From: an uncultured Chloroflexota bacterium
GTDB lineage: Bacteria > Chloroflexota > Dehalococcoidia > Lucifugimonadales > CAJXCD01
Assembly (NCBI GenBank): GCA_913051545.1
Contig: CAJXCD010000006.1
Location: forward strand, 3,680-67,679
Length of the DNA: 64,000 bases
Direction of reading: 5' to 3'
Within the stretch, counting starts at the first letter, position 1. Each line of letters starts with the position of its first letter. The position numbers and the translations under genes are program-made. A model generated the notes under the pieces. The model searched no databases. It saw only the letters and a list, made by a program, of their open reading frames with translations, and had not been told where the DNA came from. This document shows positions 19,475 through 28,918 of this stretch, piece by piece.

Positions 19475-20626
19475 TTAATTAGGACGGTCCTGATCACTGT
19501 CGGATTTAGTGATATAAAAGTTGTCTCTATGATTTAATTTCCCAGTGTGTTCCCGCAAGTCGGTCGATATCCAAAAAGCGCCTAATAGTTTGGATGTGTC
19601 ACTGTCTAGAGGTTGGAATTTTATTGGGAATGGTGGATCGTTATGGGCAGAGCTATTGATTTTAAACCCAATTCGGGTTAGTGGCTTGGCAAATCTTTTA
19701 GAAGTACAAAAATAATCTGCAAATGCTATTCCATTATCCAGCCCATATCTCGTTATGTTTTCGGTCAGGATTTCTTCAGACTCTGGAGAACTCATAAATT
19801 CCAATACGCGAAGTATTTTCTCCTCACGATTCATAACCTGTTCGATTCTGTATACGGCTAGACCGAGCACATTATTAGAAGATTTTTCTCGTGCCACTGC
19901 AAATTCATATTTAAAGGATGGATGTTCAGCGTATCGCCAATTTAAATAACTAGAATCTCTAGCTGGTCCGATAGTTATAGGAGCAATTTTATTGAACCAG
20001 AATTCATCCCAATCTGAGCTGAAACGGTTACTCTCTAATGATAACTTGATATTTGTGTGTTTCGTATAACTTGATTCCTTAGCTAACGAATCGAGTCTGG
20101 GAATCTGAGCAGACATCGTTTCATGAGTAGAATCGGTTATCAAATTTCGAGTATCTTTATAATTTAGTACTTGCACCCACCTTGGGACTTCAGGTAACAT
20201 TTCAAATCCGAACGCATGGTATATATTTTGTGCTGTTTGGTTTAGACCGATGGCGAAAATCGCCTCAAATCCCATATTTCTGGTAGCCCACAATAGTCGC
20301 ATTCCTGCACCAGTATTTCGTGCTTCAGGGGTCACGAACCATTGAGATAGCCAACAACCAGGAAATATTTCTCCTGACACATTTAGATTGAATGGGATTA
20401 GGCCGAGCATTCCAACAATATTTCTATTTACTGATGCTAATAAGATTGTTGGCCCATTGGAATTCCATTGGGGTAACCTGTGTGTATCGTACTGCCACAG
20501 TAGCAGATTCCCATCTCTTGACAGTATGTGGCGGGTGTTCCAATAATCATCAATGAATTTTTGGAGGTGTGGAATGTCAGCACGGGTACATTGGTCGATG
20601 GAAATTTGTGTATTCAATGTTGACAT
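19475..20626 (-). CDS. GNAT-family acyltransferase with C-terminal extension
   Basis: 383 aa. 'VTPEARNTGAGMRLLWATRNMGFEAIFAIGLNQTAQNIYHAFGFE' is a GNAT motif A region. The extra ~200 aa C-terminal domain is unassigned. Confidence 0.7.
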   Translation of the reverse strand: MSTLNTQISIDQCTRADIPHLQKFIDDYWNTRHILSRDGNLLLWQYDTHRLPQWNSNGPTILLASVNRNIVGMLGLIPFNLNVSGEIFPGCWLSQWFVTPEARNTGAGMRLLWATRNMGFEAIFAIGLNQTAQNIYHAFGFEMLPEVPRWVQVLNYKDTRNLITDSTHETMSAQIPRLDSLAKESSYTKHTNIKLSLESNRFSSDWDEFWFNKIAPITIGPARDSSYLNWRYAEHPSFKYEFAVAREKSSNNVLGLAVYRIEQVMNREEKILRVLEFMSSPESEEILTENITRYGLDNGIAFADYFCTSKRFAKPLTRIGFKINSSAHNDPPFPIKFQPLDSDTSKLLGAFWISTDLREHTGKLNHRDNFYITKSDSDQDRPN

Positions 20627-20654
20627 GTATGTTTTAGAATTAGCGATTAACTAG

Positions 20655-22001
20655 TCAGTTGATGATTTTTCGCAGTTTCTTAAAACGGTTTCCGTGTTGA
20701 ATATCTTTAGACAAAGAAACCTTCACAGGTATTTTGTACCGTGGAAGTCGGGCAGTGCAGTAGGACTTTAACCGTTTACTGAACCCAGGCAAATCTTCAG
20801 GTGATACGAGCCTAACTGTAGCACAAACTATATTACCCATTATCGCGTTTTGTTCACCATATACTGTTACTTCTGCTATGTTGTCTAGTTCTTGGATAAT
20901 GTTTTCTACCTCCGCAGGAAATACTTTCTCTCCACCAACATTTATAATGTCCGATTTCCTACCGAGGAATTTCATGTATTCACCATCTACCTCCACGATA
21001 TCTCCAGTATCAAGCCATCCATCTTTGGTGAATGGGTTGGGAGAATTCAAATACCCCAACATGGCTGATTCTGCTTTAACTTGCAAGATGCCATCAATAA
21101 CACGAGTTTTAAATCCTTCGCCTCCAATCTTTACCCATAGTGAATTGGAGCTTTTTGATTTTGATCTTAAAACTCCTAATTCAGTCATACCGTAAGTTTG
21201 TAGCAGCCGTATTTTCGGGAACAGTTCATGAAGTTTGGTAAGGGTGCTTTGAGGCATAGGTTCTGTTCCATAGGTGATAGTCTTCAGGGATGAAATGTTG
21301 TATCGATTATAAGCTTCACTTAAAAGCATTAAGTTTATGAACGTGGGAGTTGTTGGTAGCAAATCTACGTTGTGTTTTTCTATTGCATTCAGAACAACAT
21401 CAGGGGTGCGATCAATAGGTGTAACTATACATCCGCAATTTGAGAGTTGATATAGCATTGTATTAATTCCACCCAAGTGATCGTATAGCAAGAAAGTTAT
21501 CGCACGCTGTCTTTGACGTCTAATTTGGAATTTCTTTAGTAAACTGTACAAATCTTGAACAATAGCTTTACTTTCTCCGGTAGAACCCGAGGAAAAAACT
21601 ACTACTCCGGGGTGATTTAGTTTCCGCAATTTCTGATAAATATTGTGGTTGACTGACCGACATAATTTCTCCAATGTCACATTGTCTGAGTCATCTATTT
21701 TAAAGATTATTTCCACCTGAGATGTATTAATAAACTCAGTCTTTTTAGGCCCTGTGGAGGGTGTCAGAGGTACTAGGATACAGCGAGATTGTGTAAGAGC
21801 TAGGAAAAGAGCTATAGAATTTGGGGAAAAGTCCGCTTCTAGCGCGACTATTGTACCCTTGGGAATTTTTTGAACCTCAATCACTGACTGCCAGTGATTG
21901 AGGCGATCAATTAGCCAGCCGTATGTATATGATTGGTCGTTCCATATTACGGCTTCTGTGTCGCAGTTTTCTTCAAATCGTTTCAGCAAGAAATCAATCA
22001 T
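20655..22001 (-). CDS. AMP-dependent synthetase/ligase (adenylate-forming acyl-ACP/CoA ligase)
   Basis: 448 aa. Contains 'VVFSSGSTGESKAIV', 'YGMTELG' and 'GWLDTGDIVEVDGEYMKFLGRKSDIINVGGEKVFPAEVE'. Confidence 0.9.
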   Translation of the reverse strand: MIDFLLKRFEENCDTEAVIWNDQSYTYGWLIDRLNHWQSVIEVQKIPKGTIVALEADFSPNSIALFLALTQSRCILVPLTPSTGPKKTEFINTSQVEIIFKIDDSDNVTLEKLCRSVNHNIYQKLRKLNHPGVVVFSSGSTGESKAIVQDLYSLLKKFQIRRQRQRAITFLLYDHLGGINTMLYQLSNCGCIVTPIDRTPDVVLNAIEKHNVDLLPTTPTFINLMLLSEAYNRYNISSLKTITYGTEPMPQSTLTKLHELFPKIRLLQTYGMTELGVLRSKSKSSNSLWVKIGGEGFKTRVIDGILQVKAESAMLGYLNSPNPFTKDGWLDTGDIVEVDGEYMKFLGRKSDIINVGGEKVFPAEVENIIQELDNIAEVTVYGEQNAIMGNIVCATVRLVSPEDLPGFSKRLKSYCTARLPRYKIPVKVSLSKDIQHGNRFKKLRKIIN

Positions 22002-22720
22002 TATCCAAAAACGCCCCCGAGGTATACGACCTGTCCTGTTACCATCTCGCTTTCTGGTTTAATAAAAAAATTAATTAAGTTGGTTACATCAGAGAAATCA
22101 CCGTATCGTTTTATAGCATGACGTTTTAGGAAGTCGTCCAATTTTTGTTTAGGGACAGATCGTATTAAATCGGTTTTAATTGCAGGTGGCCCTACTGCAT
22201 TTACAGTAATTTTGAATTCAGCTAATTCCTTGGAAAGTATTTGAGTGAGTTGCACAATTGCCGCTTTTGACGAGGCATATGCTGCCTCTCCTTCAAGTTT
22301 TAGAGGAACTGCTCCGGTCGCAAAATTTATGATCCGTCCATAGTTTACGTAACGCATTAATTTTGCAGATTCTCTACTTACTAGAAAAGTTCCAACAACG
22401 TTGGTTTCGAAGATATTGCGTACGGTATCAATAGGTGTGAGAATACTGTGGTTCATTGAAGCTACTCCGGCATTGTTAATTGTTATGTCTAACTTCCCAT
22501 AATCTCTACGAATTTCTGTAAACATTGCGCGGACAGCTTTTTCATCAAATACATCTAGAATAAAATGACGGTAGTTTGCAGAATAGAAGTCAGTTTTACT
22601 CCGGCTACATCCTATTACATGTAGTCCTTGATCAACATAGTATTCAGCGAGGTGTCTACCGATACCTTTGCTGGTGCCGGTTATTATCATTACTTTGGTG
22701 TCAGTCTTTTTCATTTTCAA
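22001..22720 (-). CDS. short-chain dehydrogenase/reductase (FabG-like)
   Basis: 239 aa. Contains 'ITGTSKGIGR', 'NNAG' and 'YASSKAA'. There is a TAATG overlap with the ligase gene. Confidence 0.9.
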   Translation of the reverse strand: MKMKKTDTKVMIITGTSKGIGRHLAEYYVDQGLHVIGCSRSKTDFYSANYRHFILDVFDEKAVRAMFTEIRRDYGKLDITINNAGVASMNHSILTPIDTVRNIFETNVVGTFLVSRESAKLMRYVNYGRIINFATGAVPLKLEGEAAYASSKAAIVQLTQILSKELAEFKITVNAVGPPAIKTDLIRSVPKQKLDDFLKRHAIKRYGDFSDVTNLINFFIKPESEMVTGQVVYLGGVFG

Positions 22721-23009
22721 TCACAAGAACCGATATATATTCACTTAGGTTGCGTATAGTTGTGAATGGGCTTTTAGTCTGGGACATTGCTCTCTCATCT
22801 GCAATTGTTATGGATATTCCCAATTGATCCTGTATTTTTTCTTCTGCCCTAACGATTAAACTGACTAGACCTAGTGAGTCCAATTTGCCAGATTGTCCAA
22901 ATAGTGGTGATTCTAACTGGACGTCTATGTGTTGGTCGAAGGGGAGTTCCTCATTTAGTTCTTTTATGACCTCAAATAGTATCTGTTCTATTTGATCTTT
23001 GTTAGGCAT
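22701..23009 (-). CDS. acyl carrier protein
   Basis: 102 aa, acidic, with the 'GKLDSLGLVSLIV' phosphopantetheine-attachment (DSL) motif. Confidence 0.85.
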   Translation of the reverse strand: MPNKDQIEQILFEVIKELNEELPFDQHIDVQLESPLFGQSGKLDSLGLVSLIVRAEEKIQDQLGISITIADERAMSQTKSPFTTIRNLSEYISVLVIENEKD

Positions 23010-23048
23010 GATTACTGCTCCTAGCTTATAGTATATTAATTATGGGAG

Positions 23049-23774
23049 TTAAGTTTGGCTAGTTTGATATAGAAGCATTTCTACAAGGCTAATATCGTTT
23101 TCGTTATCGATGTTCACAGATCTAGTACTTGGCATGATATATGGTCTTATGAAATCTCCGAACAGGCTGTCATTATTCATTATGACGTTCCGTTTAGTGA
23201 TATAAATCGCTCCGTTTCGTAAGTATGCTTTTGGCCTGAGGTCCTGTCGTCGACCTTCCCATTTTTGTGTCGGCTCACCAAGGTATGGTAAAAGTCTGCC
23301 TTTAGCTATTCGCTTTACAAGTCTTGGATGATGAGATGGTATTTCTTCAACACTTATGATTGAGTCACAATTAATATCACTTGTTAGTTTCAGTGCCTGT
23401 ATTATGTCCTCTTTGTTACGTAGAGGTGTAGTCGGTTGAAGCAATAGTACCCAGTCTATTTGAGTTCCGTCCTGATTTTCCACGAAAGAAACAGCATGCT
23501 GTACTAGCGGTAGGGTAGGGGCTTCGTCAGAGGCTAAGCTTATTGGCCTTCGGAAAGGAACTTCAGCACCTAATTTAACCGATACATCTGCAATTTCTTC
23601 GTCATCTGTACTTACTATTATTCGGTAGATATAATCTGAAAGTTCTAGTGCAGGTTCAATAGTATATGCAATTAGAGGCTTACCACAAACATTACGCAGA
23701 TTTTTTCTAGGAACACCTTTTGATCCTCCACGCGCAGGAATAATTGCTAATACTTTCTGATTATTTTTTCCCAT
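23049..23774 (-). CDS. acylneuraminate (CMP-nonulosonate) cytidylyltransferase, NeuA family
   Basis: 241 aa. Contains 'LAIIPARGGSKGVPRKNLRNVCGKPLIAYTI'. Confidence 0.9.
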   Translation of the reverse strand: MGKNNQKVLAIIPARGGSKGVPRKNLRNVCGKPLIAYTIEPALELSDYIYRIIVSTDDEEIADVSVKLGAEVPFRRPISLASDEAPTLPLVQHAVSFVENQDGTQIDWVLLLQPTTPLRNKEDIIQALKLTSDINCDSIISVEEIPSHHPRLVKRIAKGRLLPYLGEPTQKWEGRRQDLRPKAYLRNGAIYITKRNVIMNNDSLFGDFIRPYIMPSTRSVNIDNENDISLVEMLLYQTSQT

Positions 23775-24926
23775 TCAGTATGTTATACGTTTTTCTATGG
23801 TTAAAGGGATAGTTGCCAACAAGTCAGCGATGTGCTGTCCGGCATTCCCTTCGCCGTATAGGTTGCTCGACGGTAAACTGTTTTTGTTTATTTGATTTCG
23901 TGTCGCGGATACTATTGACTTTTTGTTATACGTAGCATCTGTCAAATTTGGACCTCTGTCTCTGCCAGTTTGCCGACTTCCTATATTTACCACAGGTAAG
24001 CCTAGGAAGGAACACTCTCTCACTCCCGCACTGGAGTTTCCGATAAGACACATGGAATTGACTAAAGTTCGGAGAAAATCTTCAGGGGTCATATTTTTGA
24101 AAAAATATACAAAAGGGATTTCATTAGTTTCCCTAAACTGCCGAATCCCTTTAGAAATTAAATCTGACCCTGCATCGACATTTGGCCAGAACCAGAGAGT
24201 AGGTAATGCCAATTCTTTGACAGCATTTAATGTGGCTCTGATCTGTGTTAGCGAGTCCTCGTATTCAGTGGTTACAGGATGTTGTAAGACTATGATGTAC
24301 CCTGAGGCGAGATCAACTATATTACCGACGCCGCCATACCTGGAAAATATATCGAATTGGGGTTTAGATTCGATACTTATTCGTTTGGCGAGGTCTATTG
24401 AAGGACACCCTGTGACAAAAATTCTGTCAGGGATTTCACCCATTTGTTTGACTCTTTGCGCGGCAATGTCGTTTGCCACAAAATGAACATCAGAGAGCTT
24501 TGTTACTGCGTGTCTAACTTTTTCATCAATTGACCCGCTAACTTCACCACCTTGTATGTGTGCGACTGGTATATTCATGTATGAAGCTGCTATAGCAGTG
24601 GCTATCGTTTCATATCTGTCTGCTACACTTACTACTACATCAGGCTTCAATTTATCGAATGTGGTGGCGAGCTCTGTAACAGCTATTCCGGTTGACTTGG
24701 CCGCTGCTACAGGATTTTCTCCTTCGAGCACGACGTATACCTCAGCATCGGGATCAAATCCGTCAGATTTAATCACGTCTATTACAGGTCCGTAACGTTC
24801 TAGTAGGGCTGATGCTCCAACCACAAATTGCAGAATTAACTCGTCGTGGTCTCGCACCGCTTCCAGTAGGGTTTTAATCCTAGCATAGCTAGGGCGTGCA
24901 GTTACGACGACACATACTTTACGCAT
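23775..24926 (-). CDS. neuC: UDP-N-acetylglucosamine 2-epimerase, hydrolysing (NeuC/LegG type)
   Basis: 383 aa. 'IPVAHIQGGEVSGSIDEKVRHAVTKLSDVHFV' matches the hydrolysing subclass rather than the WecB type. It directly abuts the NeuA gene. Confidence 0.85.
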   Translation of the reverse strand: MRKVCVVVTARPSYARIKTLLEAVRDHDELILQFVVGASALLERYGPVIDVIKSDGFDPDAEVYVVLEGENPVAAAKSTGIAVTELATTFDKLKPDVVVSVADRYETIATAIAASYMNIPVAHIQGGEVSGSIDEKVRHAVTKLSDVHFVANDIAAQRVKQMGEIPDRIFVTGCPSIDLAKRISIESKPQFDIFSRYGGVGNIVDLASGYIIVLQHPVTTEYEDSLTQIRATLNAVKELALPTLWFWPNVDAGSDLISKGIRQFRETNEIPFVYFFKNMTPEDFLRTLVNSMCLIGNSSAGVRECSFLGLPVVNIGSRQTGRDRGPNLTDATYNKKSIVSATRNQINKNSLPSSNLYGEGNAGQHIADLLATIPLTIEKRITY

Positions 24927-24943
24927 TGTTCAGTATCGATCCC

Positions 24944-25912
24944 TTAATTATTTTTTATCTCCGACAGATATTTACCTAATTTTTTGGCCATGAATAATTC
25001 TGTCTTAGCCATAGACTCATGCGTCGCCCCTGCTATGTGCGGTGTGATTATCAGGTTTTCATACTTTCTTGCATACTCCAATAAAGGATTTATATTTAAT
25101 TTAGTAATTAAGCGTTCATCGGATAATACATCTAAAGCTGCACCAGACAATTTGCCAGATTCTAAAGCAGAAAGCAGGGCTTGTTCGTCAATTAGTTGAC
25201 CACGGGAAGTATTGATTAGCACTGATCCGTCTCTCATTTGCCCTATTTGCTTTGCCCGTATCATATTTTTGGTATCGTTATTTAGGGGTACGTGTAGGGT
25301 AACTACGTCACCATATTGTAATAGATCATCTAAACACTCAGCTCTATCTACCGAGCTGTGCCAATGAGAGTTATGAGAATCAAATGCCATCACATCCATA
25401 TTAAAAGCTAGGCCGTAATTAGCTATCTTTCTTCCAACTCTCCCTAGTCCTACTATACCTAATTTAGCACCGTCCAAATCATGGCCTTTATAATCATCTC
25501 TGTTCCACTGACCATCTTGGACTGATGTGAACGCCGACGGTATTTTGCGTTGTAGAGCAAGTATGAGAGCCCATGTATGTTCCGCTGATGCGCTGACGGT
25601 GTCCATGAACTTGGCCTCTCCCTGGAGGCTTAGTATTTGGATACCTTTACTATCAGCGTATTCCTTATCTATATGATCTAAGCCTGTAGTGGCTGAGACT
25701 ATAGCTACGAGGTTAGTAGCGGCATCGATAACATTCTTGTCAATTTCATACGACAGCCTAACAATTAATACATGGTATTTGCCAATTTGTTTCAAGAGCT
25801 GCGCACGGGTTAGTTCAAGTTCATCTACATGCCCGAATTTTTTTAACTCATCCAGAGCATTTTTTGAATAACCAATAGGTTCAATGTTAATAATGTTAAA
25901 GTTTGAATCCAT
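24944..25912 (-). CDS. D-isomer-specific 2-hydroxyacid dehydrogenase family protein
   Basis: 322 aa. Contains 'GIVGLGRVGRKIA', 'NTSRGQLIDE' and 'TPHIAG'. Confidence 0.85.
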   Translation of the reverse strand: MDSNFNIINIEPIGYSKNALDELKKFGHVDELELTRAQLLKQIGKYHVLIVRLSYEIDKNVIDAATNLVAIVSATTGLDHIDKEYADSKGIQILSLQGEAKFMDTVSASAEHTWALILALQRKIPSAFTSVQDGQWNRDDYKGHDLDGAKLGIVGLGRVGRKIANYGLAFNMDVMAFDSHNSHWHSSVDRAECLDDLLQYGDVVTLHVPLNNDTKNMIRAKQIGQMRDGSVLINTSRGQLIDEQALLSALESGKLSGAALDVLSDERLITKLNINPLLEYARKYENLIITPHIAGATHESMAKTELFMAKKLGKYLSEIKNN

Positions 25913-25939
25913 AGAATTCTCGAATACAAAAAATTAGAG

Positions 25940-26923
25940 TTAGATGCTCGGCGACGGTGGTTTGGCTAGGCTTTTTTCATTAAGTTTATGCCAAATCCAA
26001 GGATAAGTTTTTAATATGCCATCTTTAAGGGAAATTGATGGCTCCCACCCTAGCACATTACGTAATAGTGAGTTGTCGCTGTTACGCCCTCTGACTCCCT
26101 GAGGTTTCGTAGTATCATGATTCTTGGTTAGATTTTTGCCGGAGATTTGCAAAGTGTAATCAACTAATTCGTTTACAGTGACTATTTCTTCAGTACCCAG
26201 ATTAATTGGTTCTGTGTAGTCACTGCGCATTATTCTTAGCAATCCTTCAACGCAATCGTCTATGTGGCAAAAACTACGCGTCTGCTCTCCATCACCCCAC
26301 ACTTCAATTGACGAACCGTCCGTTGCTTCAGCCACCTTTCTCATTATCGCTGCAGGTGCCTTTTCTCTGCCGCCTTCGTATGTGCCTAGTGGTCCATATA
26401 TGTTGTGAAACCTAACAATACGTACATCTATCCCATGATCTTCAGAATAGTAGGATGTGAGCTGTTCTGAAAATAGTTTTTCCCATCCATATCCTTTTTC
26501 TGGATCTGCCGGGATTGCTTCGGTTTCGGTAAGTGGAGTCACATCTTCTTTCTCTTGTAAAAAAGCGGGATATACGCAAGCTGAGCTGGTGTATAAATAT
26601 TTTTTCACTCCAGATATCCGAGTGGCTTCAAGCATGTGACTATTAATTAGTACGTTATTTCGTGTGAGGATTCCATGGTTACTGGAGATATATCCTATGC
26701 CACCCATATCAGCAGCTAAATTGTAAACGTGATCTATTTCGTGGGTTACAGAACAGCATTCCGTATAATTTCGAAGGTCTGCAACTACAAATTCATCAGC
26801 ATGACTACTCTCAAACTCTGGTGCTTTTATGTCAGCTCCCCTTACCCAGTGTCCTTCAGATTTTAATCTGGACACAAGGTGGTGTCCTATGAACCCCCCT
26901 GCTCCTGTGACGAGTATTTTCAT
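25940..26923 (-). CDS. extended SDR, GDP-mannose 3,5-epimerase (GME)-like
   Basis: 327 aa. 'GAGGFIG', 'ADMGGIGYISSNH', 'YGWEK', 'RFHNIYGPLGTYEGGREKAPAA' and 'GVRGRNSDN' match long conserved stretches of GME as I recall them. Confidence 0.75.
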   Translation of the reverse strand: MKILVTGAGGFIGHHLVSRLKSEGHWVRGADIKAPEFESSHADEFVVADLRNYTECCSVTHEIDHVYNLAADMGGIGYISSNHGILTRNNVLINSHMLEATRISGVKKYLYTSSACVYPAFLQEKEDVTPLTETEAIPADPEKGYGWEKLFSEQLTSYYSEDHGIDVRIVRFHNIYGPLGTYEGGREKAPAAIMRKVAEATDGSSIEVWGDGEQTRSFCHIDDCVEGLLRIMRSDYTEPINLGTEEIVTVNELVDYTLQISGKNLTKNHDTTKPQGVRGRNSDNSLLRNVLGWEPSISLKDGILKTYPWIWHKLNEKSLAKPPSPSI

Positions 26924-26975
26924 GGCAGCCCTCTACATATGTATGTTTGTGTGAGAAGTATATTAATTTATTTTT

Positions 26976-28031
26976 CTAGTCCATTGGTGCTAAATCGGTT
27001 TCAGACAGGAACGAATCTATCGATATGTCTCGAACTAGTGTACGTCCGATAATCTTGTGTAAATTTGAAGCTGGAATACCAATTCCCGGTTTTTTAAGAG
27101 ATAAATGTTTTTCTTCTAGTAAAGTTCCAGACTTAAGGTCATTCCGCGCGACAATACTCTTTGTAAAAGTTCTACGCAATTCACTAAGTTCATTAGCTTT
27201 CAAATCTTTGTTTACTGGATGTTCTGTCACAGTTTCTATGTACCTGACTCCATCTACAAGTTGTCGGAGTTCCTGGGTTGTTATTGATGACGGTATGTCA
27301 GGACCAAAAAGATGTCTACTCAAAGTGACATGTACCTCAAGCACGTCAATTCCAATAGTAGCTGCACTTAGTCCGGCATACACTTTCCCTGAATGATCGG
27401 ATAGCCCCACGGCACAATTATACCTACTGCGGTATTCAGATATCACGTTCAACCCAATTTCTTCTGGCACACTTGGGTATGCAGAGGTGCATTGTAGAAT
27501 TGCTAAACCAACGCCACTTGCTTTTATGAGATTAACAGAAGCATCTATCTCTTCAAAAGTACTCATTCCAGTTGAAAGGATAATCGGTATCCCCGTTTCT
27601 GACATAATTTTTAGCATAGGAAGGTTGTTTGTTTCTCCAGAACCAACTTTCCATGCAGCAACTCCAACTTTTGTTAATAAGTCAACTGCTTCGATTGAAA
27701 ATGGGGTACTCATAAAGGCGATGTCACGATCCTCAGCATGGCTTTTCAGTCCGTGCCATTGATCCAGTGTAAATTCCATCCGTTTCCAATACTCATATCT
27801 AGTGTCGTCCTGTTTACTGAATTTAACGCGCCAAGGTTCTGAGGGCGTACTTTCAGCGCTTGCTATATGGGTTTGGAATTTCACAGCATCAGCACCTGCG
27901 TCAGCTATTGCGTCGATAAAAGCATGAGCTAGTCCCAGGCTACCATCATGATTTTGTCCGACTTCTCCTATAATGAAGCATGGGTTACCAATTTTGAACG
28001 GGATATTTACTGTTTGATCTTGAGTGGACAT
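26976..28031 (-). CDS. NeuB-family nonulosonic acid synthase (module 1), with C-terminal SAF-like extension
   Basis: 'PCFIIGEVGQNHDGSLGLAHAFIDAIADAGADAVKFQTH'. I prefer ATG 28031, which has GGTGA 5 nt upstream, over the listed 28055. Confidence 0.9.
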   Translation of the reverse strand: MSTQDQTVNIPFKIGNPCFIIGEVGQNHDGSLGLAHAFIDAIADAGADAVKFQTHIASAESTPSEPWRVKFSKQDDTRYEYWKRMEFTLDQWHGLKSHAEDRDIAFMSTPFSIEAVDLLTKVGVAAWKVGSGETNNLPMLKIMSETGIPIILSTGMSTFEEIDASVNLIKASGVGLAILQCTSAYPSVPEEIGLNVISEYRSRYNCAVGLSDHSGKVYAGLSAATIGIDVLEVHVTLSRHLFGPDIPSSITTQELRQLVDGVRYIETVTEHPVNKDLKANELSELRRTFTKSIVARNDLKSGTLLEEKHLSLKKPGIGIPASNLHKIIGRTLVRDISIDSFLSETDLAPMD

Positions 28032-28041
28032 ATAATCACCA

Positions 28042-28917
28042 TCAAATTTTACCAATATATTTTCTAGGGTGCATTACAGTAGCAATCGAACTGGTTATTG
28101 GTCGTAGCTTTGGTTTACGATAGCCTAGTCTCATAAGCCCCTTGCTAAGTATACGTCTGTTCAAACGTCTGTTGAGACCATTAGTAGATAATTTCCAAGT
28201 CGAATCATATATAGAGTATCCAGATGCTATTTTGCCAGAAAGTTCACGATTCCTTTTAATTTCAGGTCCATTCCATATCCAATCAGTGCCCCCTGGAACT
28301 GATTCCCACCCGTGGTTCTGGTGAAACACTTTTGATACTTCAGTGGCGTCTATAGTTGGTACTCCCTTCGACAGAGCACCGTATATTAGCCACTCATCCC
28401 AGCAACCTCTACCGATTGCGAATGGTGGTATAGATGGCCATGTACCTTTAGTGAAAGCAAAGTAATCCATACCTTGGCGCAAATCACTTTCTAAGGATTG
28501 TATTTTGTATATTTCTTTCCAGGTGGTCTGGTTACTGAAATCAAATTCAGTATCTATATTAATACCCCATGATAGGCCTACCATAAGGAAAGGTTGTTTT
28601 TTAATTGATTTCAAGGCAAGTATGAAATCTTTAGTGAGTATTATATCTGCGTTTACGTAAACAATAATGTTATTAGATGCTGAGATCTCAGCAGATTCAA
28701 ATAAAGAATTTACCAAAGGGGTTCCATGCTCATTACATAGTACGTCAGGAACATGCTTGACCCCAAAGTCTGCGGCACATTGAGATGTACCCTTATCATC
28801 ACCGATTAATATCACCTCTACATCTGGATCTAGATTTACCCAACTTGATATTGCATTTCGTTGGATAACTTCGAATTTGTTTACGAAAGGCCTAGGAGTA
28901 GTAAATATAGTGATCAT
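28042..28917 (-). CDS. putative GT-A-like glycosyltransferase of an uncharacterised family
   Basis: 'MITIFTTPRPF..IQRNAISSW ... VILIGDDKG ... YVNADIILTKDF'. I chose ATG 28917, which sits 1 nt after the upstream TGA, instead of the overlapping 29019 start. Confidence 0.45.
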   Translation of the reverse strand: MITIFTTPRPFVNKFEVIQRNAISSWVNLDPDVEVILIGDDKGTSQCAADFGVKHVPDVLCNEHGTPLVNSLFESAEISASNNIIVYVNADIILTKDFILALKSIKKQPFLMVGLSWGINIDTEFDFSNQTTWKEIYKIQSLESDLRQGMDYFAFTKGTWPSIPPFAIGRGCWDEWLIYGALSKGVPTIDATEVSKVFHQNHGWESVPGGTDWIWNGPEIKRNRELSGKIASGYSIYDSTWKLSTNGLNRRLNRRILSKGLMRLGYRKPKLRPITSSIATVMHPRKYIGKI

Positions 28918-28918
28918 C

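Noticed and set aside
23923-24486. 187-aa plus-strand ORF, and similar long plus-strand ORFs at 34519-35073, 52840-53346, 56287-56784, 47015-47455, 423-848 and 30679-31083
   Set aside because: All lie antisense to minus-strand genes that have clear family motifs. Their translations are Ser/Thr/Pro/Leu-rich with no motifs. They are typical shadow ORFs.
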